Shown here piece after piece: positions 12,651 through 24,371 of a stretch of 64,000 bases of DNA (position 1 is the stretch's first letter; the number at the start of each line of letters is the position of its first letter). The DNA is from Dendrobates tinctorius (Eukaryota), in assembly GCF_039654945.1 (NCBI RefSeq), contig NW_027361959.1:7750001-7814000 (forward strand), given 5' to 3'. The position numbers and the translations under genes were made by a program. The notes below the pieces were generated by a model. It did no database searches. It was not told the origin of the DNA and saw nothing but the letters and a program-made list of their open reading frames with translations.

Positions 12651-14500
12651 GTGGGAGGCAGACTTTCCCTTTTCGTCGATGCTTGGCTGTCCGCTGTCGA
12701 CTACACTTGGGTCAGAAAAATCGTCGCATCCGGTTACAAGATCGAATTTGCTTCCCCCCCAAACAGACGGTTTTTCCTGTCTCGACCCCCGAGACAGTGG
12801 TCCCTTATTCCAGGGTTTCTTCAGGCCATTTCCTCCCTTCTTTCCGCCGGAGTGATTGTTTCCGTCCCCCCAAACGAACGGGTTTCAGGGTTTTACTCAA
12901 ATCTCTTCGTAGTCCCGAAGAAAGACGGCTCCCTTCGCCCAATCCTGGACCTCAAATTGCTCAATCGCCACGTGAAGATTCTTCATTTCAAAATGGAGTC
13001 CCTTCGGTCGGTGAGAGCCTCAATGGAACCCGGAGAATTCCTCTGCTCGGTGGACATATGGGATGCCTATCTTCACATACCTGTTTGTTTGCAACATCAG
13101 AAATATCTTCGGTTTGCGATTCAGGAAAATCACTACCAGTTCACGGCTCTCCCCTTCGGCCTAGCCTCCGCTCCCTGTGTTTTCACAAAGGTGATGGCAA
13201 CAGTCATGGCCATCCTTCGCTCCAGGGGGATCCTCACCATCCCTTATCTGGATGATCTCTTGATCAAGGGCTCGTCCCGCCAAGACTGCCTTCAGAGTCT
13301 TCAGATAACCCTGGACACTCTCTGCGTTCTCGGATGGCTAGTCAACAAGGAGAAGTCCATTCTGATCCCCACGCAGCGTCTGACTTTTCTGGGCATGGAA
13401 TTCGACACTAACCTGGGCCGGGTGTTTCTCCCGAGGGAAAAATTTACGGCTCTTTCCAAGGGTATCAAAATCCTCAAACGGCCAGCGCCCATCCCCCTTC
13501 GGTCCTGCATGAAGGTTCGGGGGAAGATGGTAGCTTCCATGGAAGCAGTGCCCTTTGCACAATTTCATCTTCATCCCCTCCAGCTATGCCTTCTTTCAGC
13601 CTGGGACAAGTCCACGCTGTCCTTGGACCGTCCCATTCTCCTCCCTCTCAGAGTGAGGCAATCCCTGACTTGGTGGGCAATGCCAGCGTCGGTTCTACAA
13701 GGGAGGTCTTTCCTTCCGCTTCAGTGGCAAGTCATCACCTCCAATGCCAGCCTTCTAGGCTGGGGAGCGGTGTTCCATCAGAAAGCGGCCCAAGGCCGCT
13801 GGAATCCACAGGAGTCTTTTCTGCCTATCAATCTTCTGGAGATCAAAGCAATCTTCCTGGCCCTTCCTCGCTGGCAGCCTCTCCTCGTCGGCAAGCCAGT
13901 CCGCATTCAGTCGGACAATGCCACGGTGTGGCGTACATAAACCACCAGGGGGGCACTCGCAGAAAGCAAGTAATGTCAGAAGTGGCCAAGATACTGCACT
14001 GGGCGGAATGTTACGTTCCGGCAATCTCAGCCGTTCACATTCCAGGGGTGGAAAATTGGGCAGCCGACTTTGAGTCGTCAAGGTCTAGCGTCAGGCGAAT
14101 GGGCTCTTCATCCCAAAGTCTTCGATCAGATATGACAGCGCTGGGGCTCACCGGATATCGATCTCATGGCATCTCGGATGAACCACAAAGTTCTGCGCTT
14201 CGTAGCCAGGTCCAGGGACCCTCTAACCGTCACTTGCGACGCCCTAGTAATACCGTGGTCCCAGTTCCGACTTCCTTATCTGTTTCCGCCTCTTGCCTTG
14301 ATCCCACAAGTGGTCAAAAAGATAAGATCGGAAGGCGTACCAGTTATTCTAGTGGTGCCAGACTGGCCGAGACATCCTTGGTACGCGGAACTGGTGAACA
14401 TGCTCGCGGACGTTCCCTGGAGGCTTCCAGACCGTCCGGATCTTCTCTTGCAAGGCCCTCCTTTACCACGAGAATTCTCAGTCTCTGAGTTTAACGGCAT
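12651..14500 (+). pseudogene. DIRS RT-RNaseH-methyltransferase ORF2, frameshifted
   Basis: YSNLFVVPKKDG, LPFGL, YLDD, SNAS..GWG, INLLE, SDN, YLFPP. Confidence 0.92.
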
Positions 14501-15494
14501 GGCCATTGAGGCCGCAATTCTGAGAGAATCAGGTTTGTCTGACCAGGTGATTCAGACTATGATCAGAGCCAGAAAACCGGCCTCTTCCCGCATTTACATA
14601 GGTACTGGAAGGCTTTTTTCCGTTGGTGCGACGATATCTTTCAGATGTCCTTTTCTATTTCATCCATACTTGGGTTTTTCCAGTCTGGTGTAGAGGCGGG
14701 TCTGTCCATCAGTACCCTCAAGGGCCAGGTCTCCGCTCTATCTATCGTCTTCCAATGAGAGCTCGCTTCCTTGTCGCAGGTTAAGACCTTTCTCCAAGGG
14801 GTCGCCCATGTGGCTCCCCCTCATCATTCGCCGATAGACCCGTGGGATTTGAATCTCGTCCTTAGTACTCTTCAAAAGGCGCCGTTCGAGCCTATCCAGG
14901 ACATTCCTTTATCAATTCTCTCATGGAAGGTAACCTTCTTGATTGCCATTACATCCATCAGAAGAGTTTCTGAGTTGGCGGCCTTGTCATGTCGTTCCTT
15001 CACTTCTTCCGAAGGTGGTGTCCTCTTTCCACATCAGTGAGGATATCGTTCTCCCATCTTTGTGTCCTGCTCCTTCTCATCCTCTTGAGAAGTCTCTCCA
15101 CAAACTGGACGTAGTTAGAGCCTTGCGTGTCTATCTCGCCAGGACCTCTTCTTTTCGTCAGTCCGATTCTTTGCTGGTCATCTCTGAAGGTCACCGGAAA
15201 GGGCTTCCGGCTTCTAAATCCATGATCGCTCGCTGGATTCGTTCGACCATTCTGGAAGCTTACCGTCTTCAGGAAAAACGGCCCCCTCCGGGAGTGAGAG
15301 CTCACTCCACCTGGGCTGTGGCGGCTTCGTGGGCCGTTCGTCACCAAGCTTCAGCTTTACGAATTTGCAAGGCCGCGACCTGGACGTCCTTGCACACCTT
15401 TGTGAGGTTCTACAGGGTTCATACCCAGGCCTCGTCTGATGCAGTTGTTGGAAGGAAGGTTCTGCAGGCGGCGGTGGTACACCGGCCGACCTAA
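14500..15494 (+). pseudogene. DIRS tyrosine recombinase, disrupted
   Basis: PWDLNLVL, SIRRVSEL, AHSTWAV (catalytic R changed to W), AATW, RFY. Confidence 0.9.
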
Positions 15495-16006
15495 GCCTTT
15501 CCTATTCTTTCGTTCCTTATTGCTGTTCCCGCCCTTGGGACTGCTTTGGAACGTCCCATGGTAATGTGTCCCCCAATAAGGCGATAAAGAAAGATGGATT
15601 TTTGGTTCTTACCGTAAAATCTCTTTCTTGGAGCCTTCATTGGGGGACACAGCACCCGCCCTGTTTAAGTTGTACTGTGTTGGGTCTTTGAAACACTTGT
15701 TGGGTTAGTACATATGTTTAGTGTTTTCTCGTTGCTTCTCCTACTGCTTTCTCACCAACTGAGGTGCTTGGTGCCTGTCGGTGGGTGTATACTGCCGGGG
15801 AGGAGCTAATTTTCTTGTTTTGCATAGTGTCAGCCTCCTAGCAGCAGCAGCATACACCCATGGTAATCTGTGTCCCCCAATGAAGGCTCCAAGAAAGAGA
15901 TTTTACGGTAAGAACCAAAAATCCATCTTTTCTTCTACACTCTATACAATTGGAGCCTCCCACCCATATCATTGCCCTTCATTTTTCATCTCCTTTTTTC
16001 CTTCAG

Positions 16007-16130
16007 AAAAAGGCCACCCCTGTGGTTAAAGCAGTGAATGTGAAAGCTGCACGTCAGAAAAAAGCTGAGGTCTCCAGTTCTGAAGACGAAGCTCCCAAGA
16101 AGAAGCAGCCACCTGCTGCCAAGTCCCCAG
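16007..16130 (+). CDS. NOLC1: NOLC1 coding exon (KKATPVVKAVNVKAARQKKAEVSSSEDEAPKKKQPPAAKSP)
   Basis: cttcag acceptor, cag|gtacaa donor; K/A/P-rich plus SSSEDE block. Confidence 0.88.
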
Positions 16131-16473
16131 GTACAAGCTGCTTGCTCACCTCTTTAGGTTTTGCTCTTTCATTTATAAATCTATAAGCAGCAGAAAACTT
16201 TCTTAGGTTTTTAATCTGTTGGTGATGTGTGATGTACGTTAATGTCACGTGTGCAGGGAGGAGGGGTGGTGTTTGGGTTGTCTAATGAAGGTACTCAAGT
16301 CTCCCAACTTGGTACTCTTGCAAAACCTCTGCTGCATAATAGCAAAACGTGCTATGTATCCCAAAGTAGTGCCAATAAAATCTACAGCTTACCCCACAAA
16401 GACAAGCCCTCAAGCTGCTTAATGCAGTGTGCCTAGTACTAGTAAGTGATGACCATATGATTTTACTTTAAAG

Positions 16474-16577
16474 TAGCAGCAAAGGCAACTCCAGTGGCAA
16501 AGACTGCCGCAGCAGCGAAATGTAGAAAATCTGACACTAGCAGCAGTGAAGAGTCTGATGACCGCGAGCCAGCCAAG
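16474..16577 (+). CDS. NOLC1: NOLC1 coding exon (AAKATPVAKTAAAAKCRKSDTSSSEESDDREPAK); may start at 16474, 16477 or 16480
   Basis: AAG-TAG-CAG tandem acceptors, aag|gtaaag donor; in phase. Confidence 0.82.
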
Positions 16578-16673
16578 GTAAAGCACTATTAATCATACAG
16601 TCAAATTGCACAGTGCCATTAAGCTTGACTACGTTGGTTATACTAAGGGTTTTTCTTTTCTTGTATACTAAAG

Positions 16674-16824
16674 ACCGCTCCTGCAAAGACTCCACCAATC
16701 AAGTCCCCTGCAGCTGCTAAACCACAGGTTAATAAGGTAGCCAAGGGAAAGAAAAGCTCCAGCAGTGATGACTCTGACAGCTCTGAGGATGAAGCCCCAG
16801 CTGCGAAGGCCAAACCAAAGCCAG
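16674..16824 (+). CDS. NOLC1: NOLC1 coding exon (TAPAKTPPIKSP...KKSSSSDDSDSSEDEAPAAKAKPKP)
   Basis: taaag acceptor, cag|gtaata donor; in phase. Confidence 0.87.
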
Positions 16825-17633
16825 GTAATAGATTTTCCCTTACAATTAGAAATGGTCCAGCATCGTACGTGACTGCACCATCCCGTCTTCAGCTGGCCTT
16901 AGTTTTGAGTTGCATTTCCAAAACTGTTAGGACGTTAGGTTATCCCGAGCTGCAAATATTCAGATTTGGTTTCAATCACACAGTTTTTACAGGTGAATAA
17001 AATTAGTTTCACCTGTGAAAATTGCATGACCATAATCCACATTACGAACCACAACAATTTTCTTGAAGAATTGATGTTTGTTTGTTTTTTTCCCTCCATT
17101 TTGACTACACAGTATAAAAAAAACCAAAAGGCGAGCTCTTCTGCAGAACCTGACCTCCATTATTTGGGTTCAGGCAAATGTCCGATCACCCGCAATGCAT
17201 GGACGGGTCACGGGGCTCCTGACCAGAGTTTGACATTCTCCTAGAAGTATAGGGATGTATCATGCTCTGGCTGTGAGACCCGCGGCCAGTCCGTGCATTG
17301 CGGTCCATGATCAGACAGATCCACGCACGTCTGCATGAGCCCTTTGTCAGTATATGGCAGAGCACAGTAGCTCCTGGTGAACCTAGTTGGCTACAGAGAG
17401 TTACCGTTATGAACATGTATGTTTTGGACAGTCCTCACACCTCACAACTGGAACCATACATATGATCAGATATTTTTTATTTTATTTTAGTGGTTGACTT
17501 TGCATATGCTAGGCATAGAAATGTATTATTAGGTTTCCTGTATGTTTTGAGATTATTTCTAGCATAAGTTTTAGAACCAACCTTTTTGTTATCTGCTTTT
17601 TATTTTATTTTTATTTTGTTATCTGCAATGAAG

Positions 17634-17780
17634 GCGCATACAGTGCTGTTCCTCCCCCTGCAATGGTAAAGAAAGTCAAAGTGGGTGCAAAAGCTACTCC
17701 CAAGGCAATTGCTAAAAAGGCAGAAAGCAGCAGTGACTCTTCGGATAGTGAAGAGGAGGAAGAACCACCAGCCAAAAAAG
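17634..17780 (+). CDS. NOLC1: NOLC1 coding exon (GAYSAVPPPAMVKK...AESSSDSSDSEEEEEPPAKK)
   Basis: Joined PGAYSAVPPP resembles the PGPYSSVPPP motif of vertebrate Nopp140; donor aag|gtacat. Confidence 0.87.
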
Positions 17781-18191
17781 GTACATTTATTTATTTTATT
17801 CTTGGCAATTGCTGGTTAAGTATCAAATTTAACCCTTTGCCGTAAAATAATGTACATGTTTGTCAGCAATGGGTTTACCGTGTGTGGAGGGGCTTAAAAG
17901 CTTTCTCCACATGCGATGGATGCTGGCAAAGTGGTATTTTTTTTCACCATGTTATCCCACTAGGATTTTTTTCCCTCAAGGATATGTAAAGAGAAAAATA
18001 AAATTAAACAAGGGGAGGGAAAAATGCAACTATAAAAACTAAAATTAGCTGTGGAGACAAGGGGTAAATCTGAACTGATTTTTTTTTTTAAATATATATA
18101 ATAGGGGGCTGAGATCGAATACCCCTCCTGCACTTGAATTAACAGTTGAAGATTTCTGTGGTGTAAAGATGATGCTTTTTGTGTTTTGTAG

Positions 18192-18272
18192 GTAAGACCA
18201 CTCCAGGCAAATCCCCTGCACAAGCCGTAAAGCCAGCCGCTAAGAAGGCACAAGAACCGTCCAGAGATTCAG
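18192..18272 (+). CDS. NOLC1: NOLC1 81-nt coding exon (GKTTPGKSPAQAVKPAAKKAQEPSRDS)
   Basis: ttttgtag acceptor, cag|gttagt donor; phase 1-1. Confidence 0.8.
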
Positions 18273-19059
18273 GTTAGTTTTACAAACAAGTAGAGCTTTT
18301 TCTTTCTTTAACCCCTTCACGACCTTTCGATTTTCCCTTTTTTACGCTTTGGTTTTAATTTTTCCGTCAATATAGCTGTATGAGGGCTTTTTTTTTTTAT
18401 GGCGAGATGAGTTGTACTTTTAAATGACTACATTGATTTCACCATATAGTGCAGTGGAAAACTGGGGAAAAATTTCCAAGTGCAGTGAATTTGCAAAAAA
18501 AAGTGCAATTCCACAATTGTTTTGTTTGTTTTTTTTTTTATTTACCATGTCCACTAAATACTAAATAAAACTGACCAGCCATTGTAATTCTCCAGGTCTG
18601 CACAAGATATGCAGATAAGAAACATAGGTTCTTTTTTTATTTAAGTGGTGAAAAAAAAAGTCAACATTTTTTGTGGGATTTGGGGCTCGGTGAAGGCTTA
18701 CTTTTTGTGCCCTGAGTTGTTTTTATTCATGCCATTTTGGGGTAAATATAATGTTTTAATCGCTATTGTTATTGCACTTCATTGCAATATTGCGGCTGCC
18801 AGAAACAAAAAAAAAAATTCTGGCGTTACTTTCGATTATTTTTTTTCTCGCTACACCGTTTACCAACAGATTAATTTACTTTATATTCTGATAGATTTGA
18901 CATTTTTAAACCCAGTGATACCAAATGCGTTTTTTTTTTGTTTTGTTTTATTTTAAATGTGGCTAAAAGTGGTGATTTGAACTTTGATCCTGCTATGTGC
19001 AGTATAAATCATGATCTCCTATGAACGCCGACCATCAGCGCCCCGTCATCACGTGGAGC

Positions 19060-19305
19060 AGCATATGGGGGCATAAGCTATGGAGCATCTTATGGGGGCA
19101 GCATATGGGGGAATAATCTATGGAGCATCTTATGGGGGCAGCATATGGGGGAATAATCTATGGAGCATCTTATGGGGCATAATCTATGGAGCATCTTTTC
19201 CAACCTAGGCTTATACTCGAGTCAATAAGTTTTCCCATTTTTTTTGTGACAAAATTAGGGGGGGTCCGCTTATACTCGGGTCGGCTTATACTCGAGTATA
19301 TACGG
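19060..19305. repeat. ~40-bp minisatellite joined to the end of a Tc1/pogo-type element
   Basis: gcatatgggggaataatctatggagcatcttatgggggca repeats; ends ggcttatactcgagtatatacgg|ta. Confidence 0.6.
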
Positions 19306-19602
19306 TATTTATTATTGCAGTTTCCATAAAAGTGTCTAGTATATGAAAATATAAAATTACACGTGCACTAAAAAAATGGCCAAATGCCATTTTTTTGTCA
19401 CCACGTTTACCCCCAAAAATGCAATAAAAAGTAATTAATGCCTGGGAACTCCAAAATGGTATTAAAAAAAAATAAATAATGCAGCTCGGCGCAGCCCCAT
19501 CTATGGAAAAATAAAATTTATGGGTCTTGGAGTATATTGTAAAATATTTTTTGGAGTGATTCATGTTGCCAGAATATTTTTACAACACAATAAAAGCCTT
19601 TA

Positions 19603-20467
19603 GGCTGTGTGCCCACGATGCGATTGTTAAGCGTTTTTGCCGCGATTTTCGGTGCAAAAATGTTTAAAAATCATGTACAGAACACACCCCATGCATTCCG
19701 CACATGCTATGCTAATGCTGCGCTTTTTTCCGCGGCGGAATCGCATCGCGGAAAAAATCGCAGAATGATCACTATTTTGTGCGGAACCGCAAAGAATTGC
19801 CGCGATTCCGCACCCATAGGAATGCATGAGAATCGCTTACTTCCCGCATGTGGCTATGCCCACCATGCGGGAAGTTAAGCGTCTCATGTGCGGTTGGTAC
19901 CCACGGTGTGGAGGAGAGGAGACTGTCCTCCAGGCCCTGGGCACCATACCCCTGTAAAAAAAGAATAAATAAAAAATCGGGGTATATTTACCTTCCAACG
20001 TCCCGCGCTGCATCCCCGGCCTAAGCGTTCCCAGTAATGCCTTGCGGCAAGGTCCTGTGATGACGTGGTCTCGCGAGATCGCTATAGTAGCGCGAGACCA
20101 ACGTCATCACAGGTCCCGCAAGGCATTACTGGGAACGCTGAGGCCCGGGATGGCAGCGCGGGACGTCGGAAGGTAAATATACCCCGATATTTTATTTTTT
20201 TTATCATTTTTAACATGTTATCTTTTACTATTGAGGCCGCATAGGCGGCCTCAATAGTAAAAAGCTGGTCACACTTGTCAAACACTATGTTTGACGAGTG
20301 TGACCAACCTGTCAATCACTTTCCAAGTGATGCTTCAAATCGCTTGGAAAGTGCTTGAATTCAGCACACGAAAATCGCGGTGAAATCGCGCGGAAAAAAA
20401 CGTGCGATTTCTGGGAAGGAGTCTGGTTTTCAGTGTGCGTTTTAACACGCAACTTGGGCACATAGCC
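19603..20467. mobile_element. PIF/Harbinger-type MITE related to 891..1876
   Basis: TTA TSD; TIR ggctgtgtgccca / tgggcacatagcc; internal palindrome. Confidence 0.75.
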
Positions 20468-21855
20468 TTAAAGATGAACCTGAAAAACAAAGCTGCATTT
20501 TTTATTACCCATTTTTTAGTACATTTTTTGGTAAAGTGAATGATGTCATTCAAAACCATAACTTGATCAGCAACAACAAGCTCCTGTAGAGCGATGCCTG
20601 CAAAAAGTTTTTACTCTTGGAGGAAGAAAAAGAAAAAAGACACAGTTAAAATGAAAATTGGCTGTGACTTCAACCGGATAGAAACTGTAATCTTAAACCC
20701 TTCCCCAAATATGACATACTAGTACATCAGATGTCAGGCCTGTTCTTTGACGCTGGCTCAGTAGTTGAGCCCGCATTTTTGTCAGCTGATGATGGCTGTT
20801 ATTCAGCGAACTGCCTCTAACAACAGCATTTGGAGCAGAGCTCCGCCCGTGGCTGTTAACCTGTTAAATGCTGCCGTCAGTCTGACACGAGCATTTATTT
20901 CATGCAAGCTGTCCAGAGGGCCAGCTGCCTATTGGCCCGATTTCAAGATGATAATCGTGGGTTTACTATCATCATGGTGCTTCCTTGAAGGCCCACATAT
21001 TGCTGGCATTTATGGGAGACACTGATTCTTGCTGTACACGGAATTGCTGTGTATTGTACAAGTGACGAGAGGATCACAGATTCAAGTCCCCTTACAAAAT
21101 ACAGCCAAAAAATATATATATTTTTTTACTTCAAAATTAACCAGATATAATAAACTTTTTAATTAGAAAAAAAATCAAAACCCCAGAAATGCATTTTTTT
21201 CGCGTGCTGAAAAACCTGAAAAGTATGCAATATGAGGTAATCAAAACTGTTTTTAACCCAAATGGCGCAATAAAAATGTCAGTTCAGGATGCAAAAAAAC
21301 AAGCCCAGCTCCAAAAATTCTAACAAAATGTTATAGGTCTCGAAAAAGAGAGTCAAAAGGTTTTTTTTCTTTTTTTAGTACAAATTTCCATATTTAGTAT
21401 CTATGCTCTCATTAGCTATGTAATCTTACTGTTCTGTAGAATCTTATTGCCAGGTATTTTCTACAATATAAAGACACTGAAAAAGTTATAAACTATTGTT
21501 GAATTGTTCTTTTTTTTTTTTTTCCCTCAATTTTGTTGCGCCTAGAATTTTTTTTTTCTAAGTATATCACTTGATAAAATGGATGGTGTTATTCAAAAGT
21601 ACAACTCGTCCCGCCTGAAAAACAATTCATATGGCTATATTGACAGAAATATTTAAATAAAAAAGTTATGGTTCTTGGAAGAAGGGAGGGTTAAAAAGCG
21701 CAATAGAAAACCACATTTGCCATGTCGGGAATGACATAGTTCTTTTGGTTGAAAATTCTTTGTCATTTAATTCAGTTGCAAGTTGTTATTCACACCACTC
21801 GTAGGACTTAATGTCATCTTATGTCTAAGAATAAAAATTGATTAATTTCCATTAG

Positions 21856-22011
21856 ATTCAAGTGATGAAGATGAAAAAAAAGTGTCCAAACCAGCACTAA
21901 AAAATATTGCTGGCAAGGTTTCCACCCCCTCAGCGCAGAAAAGTGCACCTGTAAAGAGTGCTGCAAAGCCCACTCAGAACAAAAAAGACTCCAGCTCCTC
22001 TGACAGTTCTG
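21856..22011 (+). CDS. NOLC1: NOLC1 repeat-module exon (DSSDEDEKKVSKP...KKDSSSSDSS)
   Basis: attag acceptor, ctg|gtgagt donor; 156 nt. Confidence 0.88.
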
Positions 22012-22164
22012 GTGAGTGTTTCATTTTTTTTTATAGTAATATTATTTCAATGGTAGGGATATGAAAATTTTACACTGAATGTAATGTTATTTTAATTATA
22101 TGAGCCATATGCCTTTATTCTTGCAGAATTCCTTTAACTTCTATTATCCAGCACAGATTTAACC

Positions 22165-23710
22165 CCTTTACAACATGCGCTGTACATGTACTATGCATGT
22201 CGTGTCCTTCCCTTTGATGTGGGCTCTGGCACATGTCAACTGTTTGAGCAGCTGACATGTGCCCCTAACAGCTGTGGGTGGAAACGCCATTAAATGCCGC
22301 TGTCCATCTCTGACAGTAGCATTTAATGGGATCGTGCCTTAAGCGCGTCACTAATTCCACCCATCGGTGCCCATGTCACCTGACTGTGGGTCGCCGATAG
22401 GTTGGCATGACAACTCGGGGTCTACAGGAGACCCCTGTGGTTGTCATTGCTGGATTGCAATGAGCGCCACCCAGCAGCCAGTGGTCATGTCAAGTGAGCA
22501 TTTCTGCCACACACAGGCGATCTGATCATTGCCTGTGTGTAGCGGAGACGATCGGATTATCACAGCTTCTAGTCTGCCATAGAAACTACCATGGAGACTA
22601 TTGAAGTAAAAAAGAAAAATTGTTATTAAAAATATTAAAAAAAAAGTTCAAGTCGCCCCCCCTTTCGCCCCATTCAAAATAAAACAAATAAAAAAAATCA
22701 AACATACACGTATTTGGTATCACCGCTTTCAGAATCGCGCGATCTATCAATATTAGAAAAAGAATTAACCCAAACGCTAAATGGCGTAATGAGAAAAAAA
22801 TTCTAAACACCAGAATTACGTTTTTTGGTTGCAACATAGCATTAAAATGCAATAACGGGCGACTAACCCAAAGATAGTATATCTGCACCAAAATGGTATC
22901 ATTAAAAACGTCAGCTCGGCACGCAAATAATAAGCCCTCACCCGACCCAAGATCACGAAAAATGGAGACATTATGGGTATCGGAAAATGGCACAAGTTTT
23001 TTTTTTTTTTTTTTTTTGTGTGTGTCTATGAACTTGTAATGACCTGGAGAATGATAATGTCAGGTTAGTTTTAGCATTTAGTGAACATGGTGAAAAAAAC
23101 AACTATGGAATTGCGCTTTTTTGGCAATTTCACCACACTTGGAGTTTTTTTTTTTCCCGTTTTCAGGTACACGACATGGTAAAACCAATGGTGTCATTCA
23201 AAAGTACAACTCGTCCCTCAAAAAACAAGCCCTCACATGGTCATTTTGACCAAAAAATAAAAAAAGTTATGGCTCTGGGAAGAAGTGGAGCTAAAAATGA
23301 AAATGCAAAACCAAAAATACCTCTGGTCATTAAGGGGTTAAATAAAAAACAATCTAGACATGTGTGGTATCTACAAACTCAAAATGACCTGGAGAATAAT
23401 AATGGCAGGTCAGTTTTAGCATTTGGTGAACATTGTAAAAAAAATTAAAAAAAAATCCCCAATAAACAGTTGTGGAGTGGCACTTTTTTTTTGCAATTTC
23501 ACTGCACTTGGAATTTTGTTCCCGTTTTCGAGTACGTGATATGGTAAAAGCAATGGGTTCGTTCAAAAGTGCAACTCGTCCTGCAAAAAACAAGCCCTCA
23601 CATGGCCATATTGACAGAAAAATAAAAAAAATTATGGCTTTGGGAAGAAGGGGATTGAAAAACAAACGCAAAAACAAAAAAGAGCTACAGCTTGAAGAAG
23701 GGGTGATAGA
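22165..23710. repeat. Cluster of piggyBac-type MITE fragments
   Basis: ttaacccc and aaggggttaa termini; homology to 3755-4160 in reverse orientation. Confidence 0.5.
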
Positions 23711-24191
23711 AGTTAATTTAAAGGGAACCGGCCAGCTGATATACATGCTGCCCAAACAGTGGGCATTGTGTATCCGCTCCTGGCTTTCAAATCACAGCCA
23801 TGTATGGTTTACTCTGAGACACTGCGGCGTTCCAGAGAAAACCTACATTTTAATTATCGCCAGGGACTGAGCCACGTGGGTGACTAGTCGTACAGGCAGG
23901 TCCCTTGGCGGCTTCTTCCCACCTGCTGACAGTGACTGATAAGTGTCTGCCTATAGGCAGAGGCTTGTCAGTGAGTCATCGGGCGGGGAGAAGCCGCCGG
24001 AGCACTAGGTGTGCTGCTAGTCACACGCGCAGCGGTGATTAAAAGTATGTTTTTCATACATACAATAAAAAATACATGGCTGTGATGGCACAGTCAGAGG
24101 CTGATATATGCTGCCCACAGTTTGAGCAGCATATATCCTATAACATTCATAGCTGTGGCTATACAGTCAGTAAAATGACTCTTATTAACAG

Positions 24192-24371
24192 ACTCAAGCG
24201 ATGAAGACAAGGCACCTGCAAAGCCAGCTGCAAAAACTCCACCTGCAAAGCCCGCTGCAAAAGTGACCCCTGCAAAGCCAGCTGTAAAAGTGACCCCTGC
24301 AAAAGCCGCTGCAAAAGTGACCCCTGCAAAAGCCGCTGCAGCCAAAAAGGAGTCAAGTTCTGACAGCTCAG
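24192..24371 (+). CDS. NOLC1: NOLC1 repeat-module exon (DSSDEDKAPAKPAAKTPPAK...KKESSSDSS)
   Basis: aacag acceptor, cag|gtgagc donor; internal 27-nt KVTPAK(P/A)A(A/V) repeats; 180 nt. Confidence 0.9.

Larger units (their letters stand above)
9994..15930 (+). mobile_element. Full-length DIRS1-like YR retrotransposon with disrupted ORFs
   Basis: Left ITR to 10133, right ITR from 15757, ICR ~15555-15652 complementary to both termini, TTT at both ends. Confidence 0.96.
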
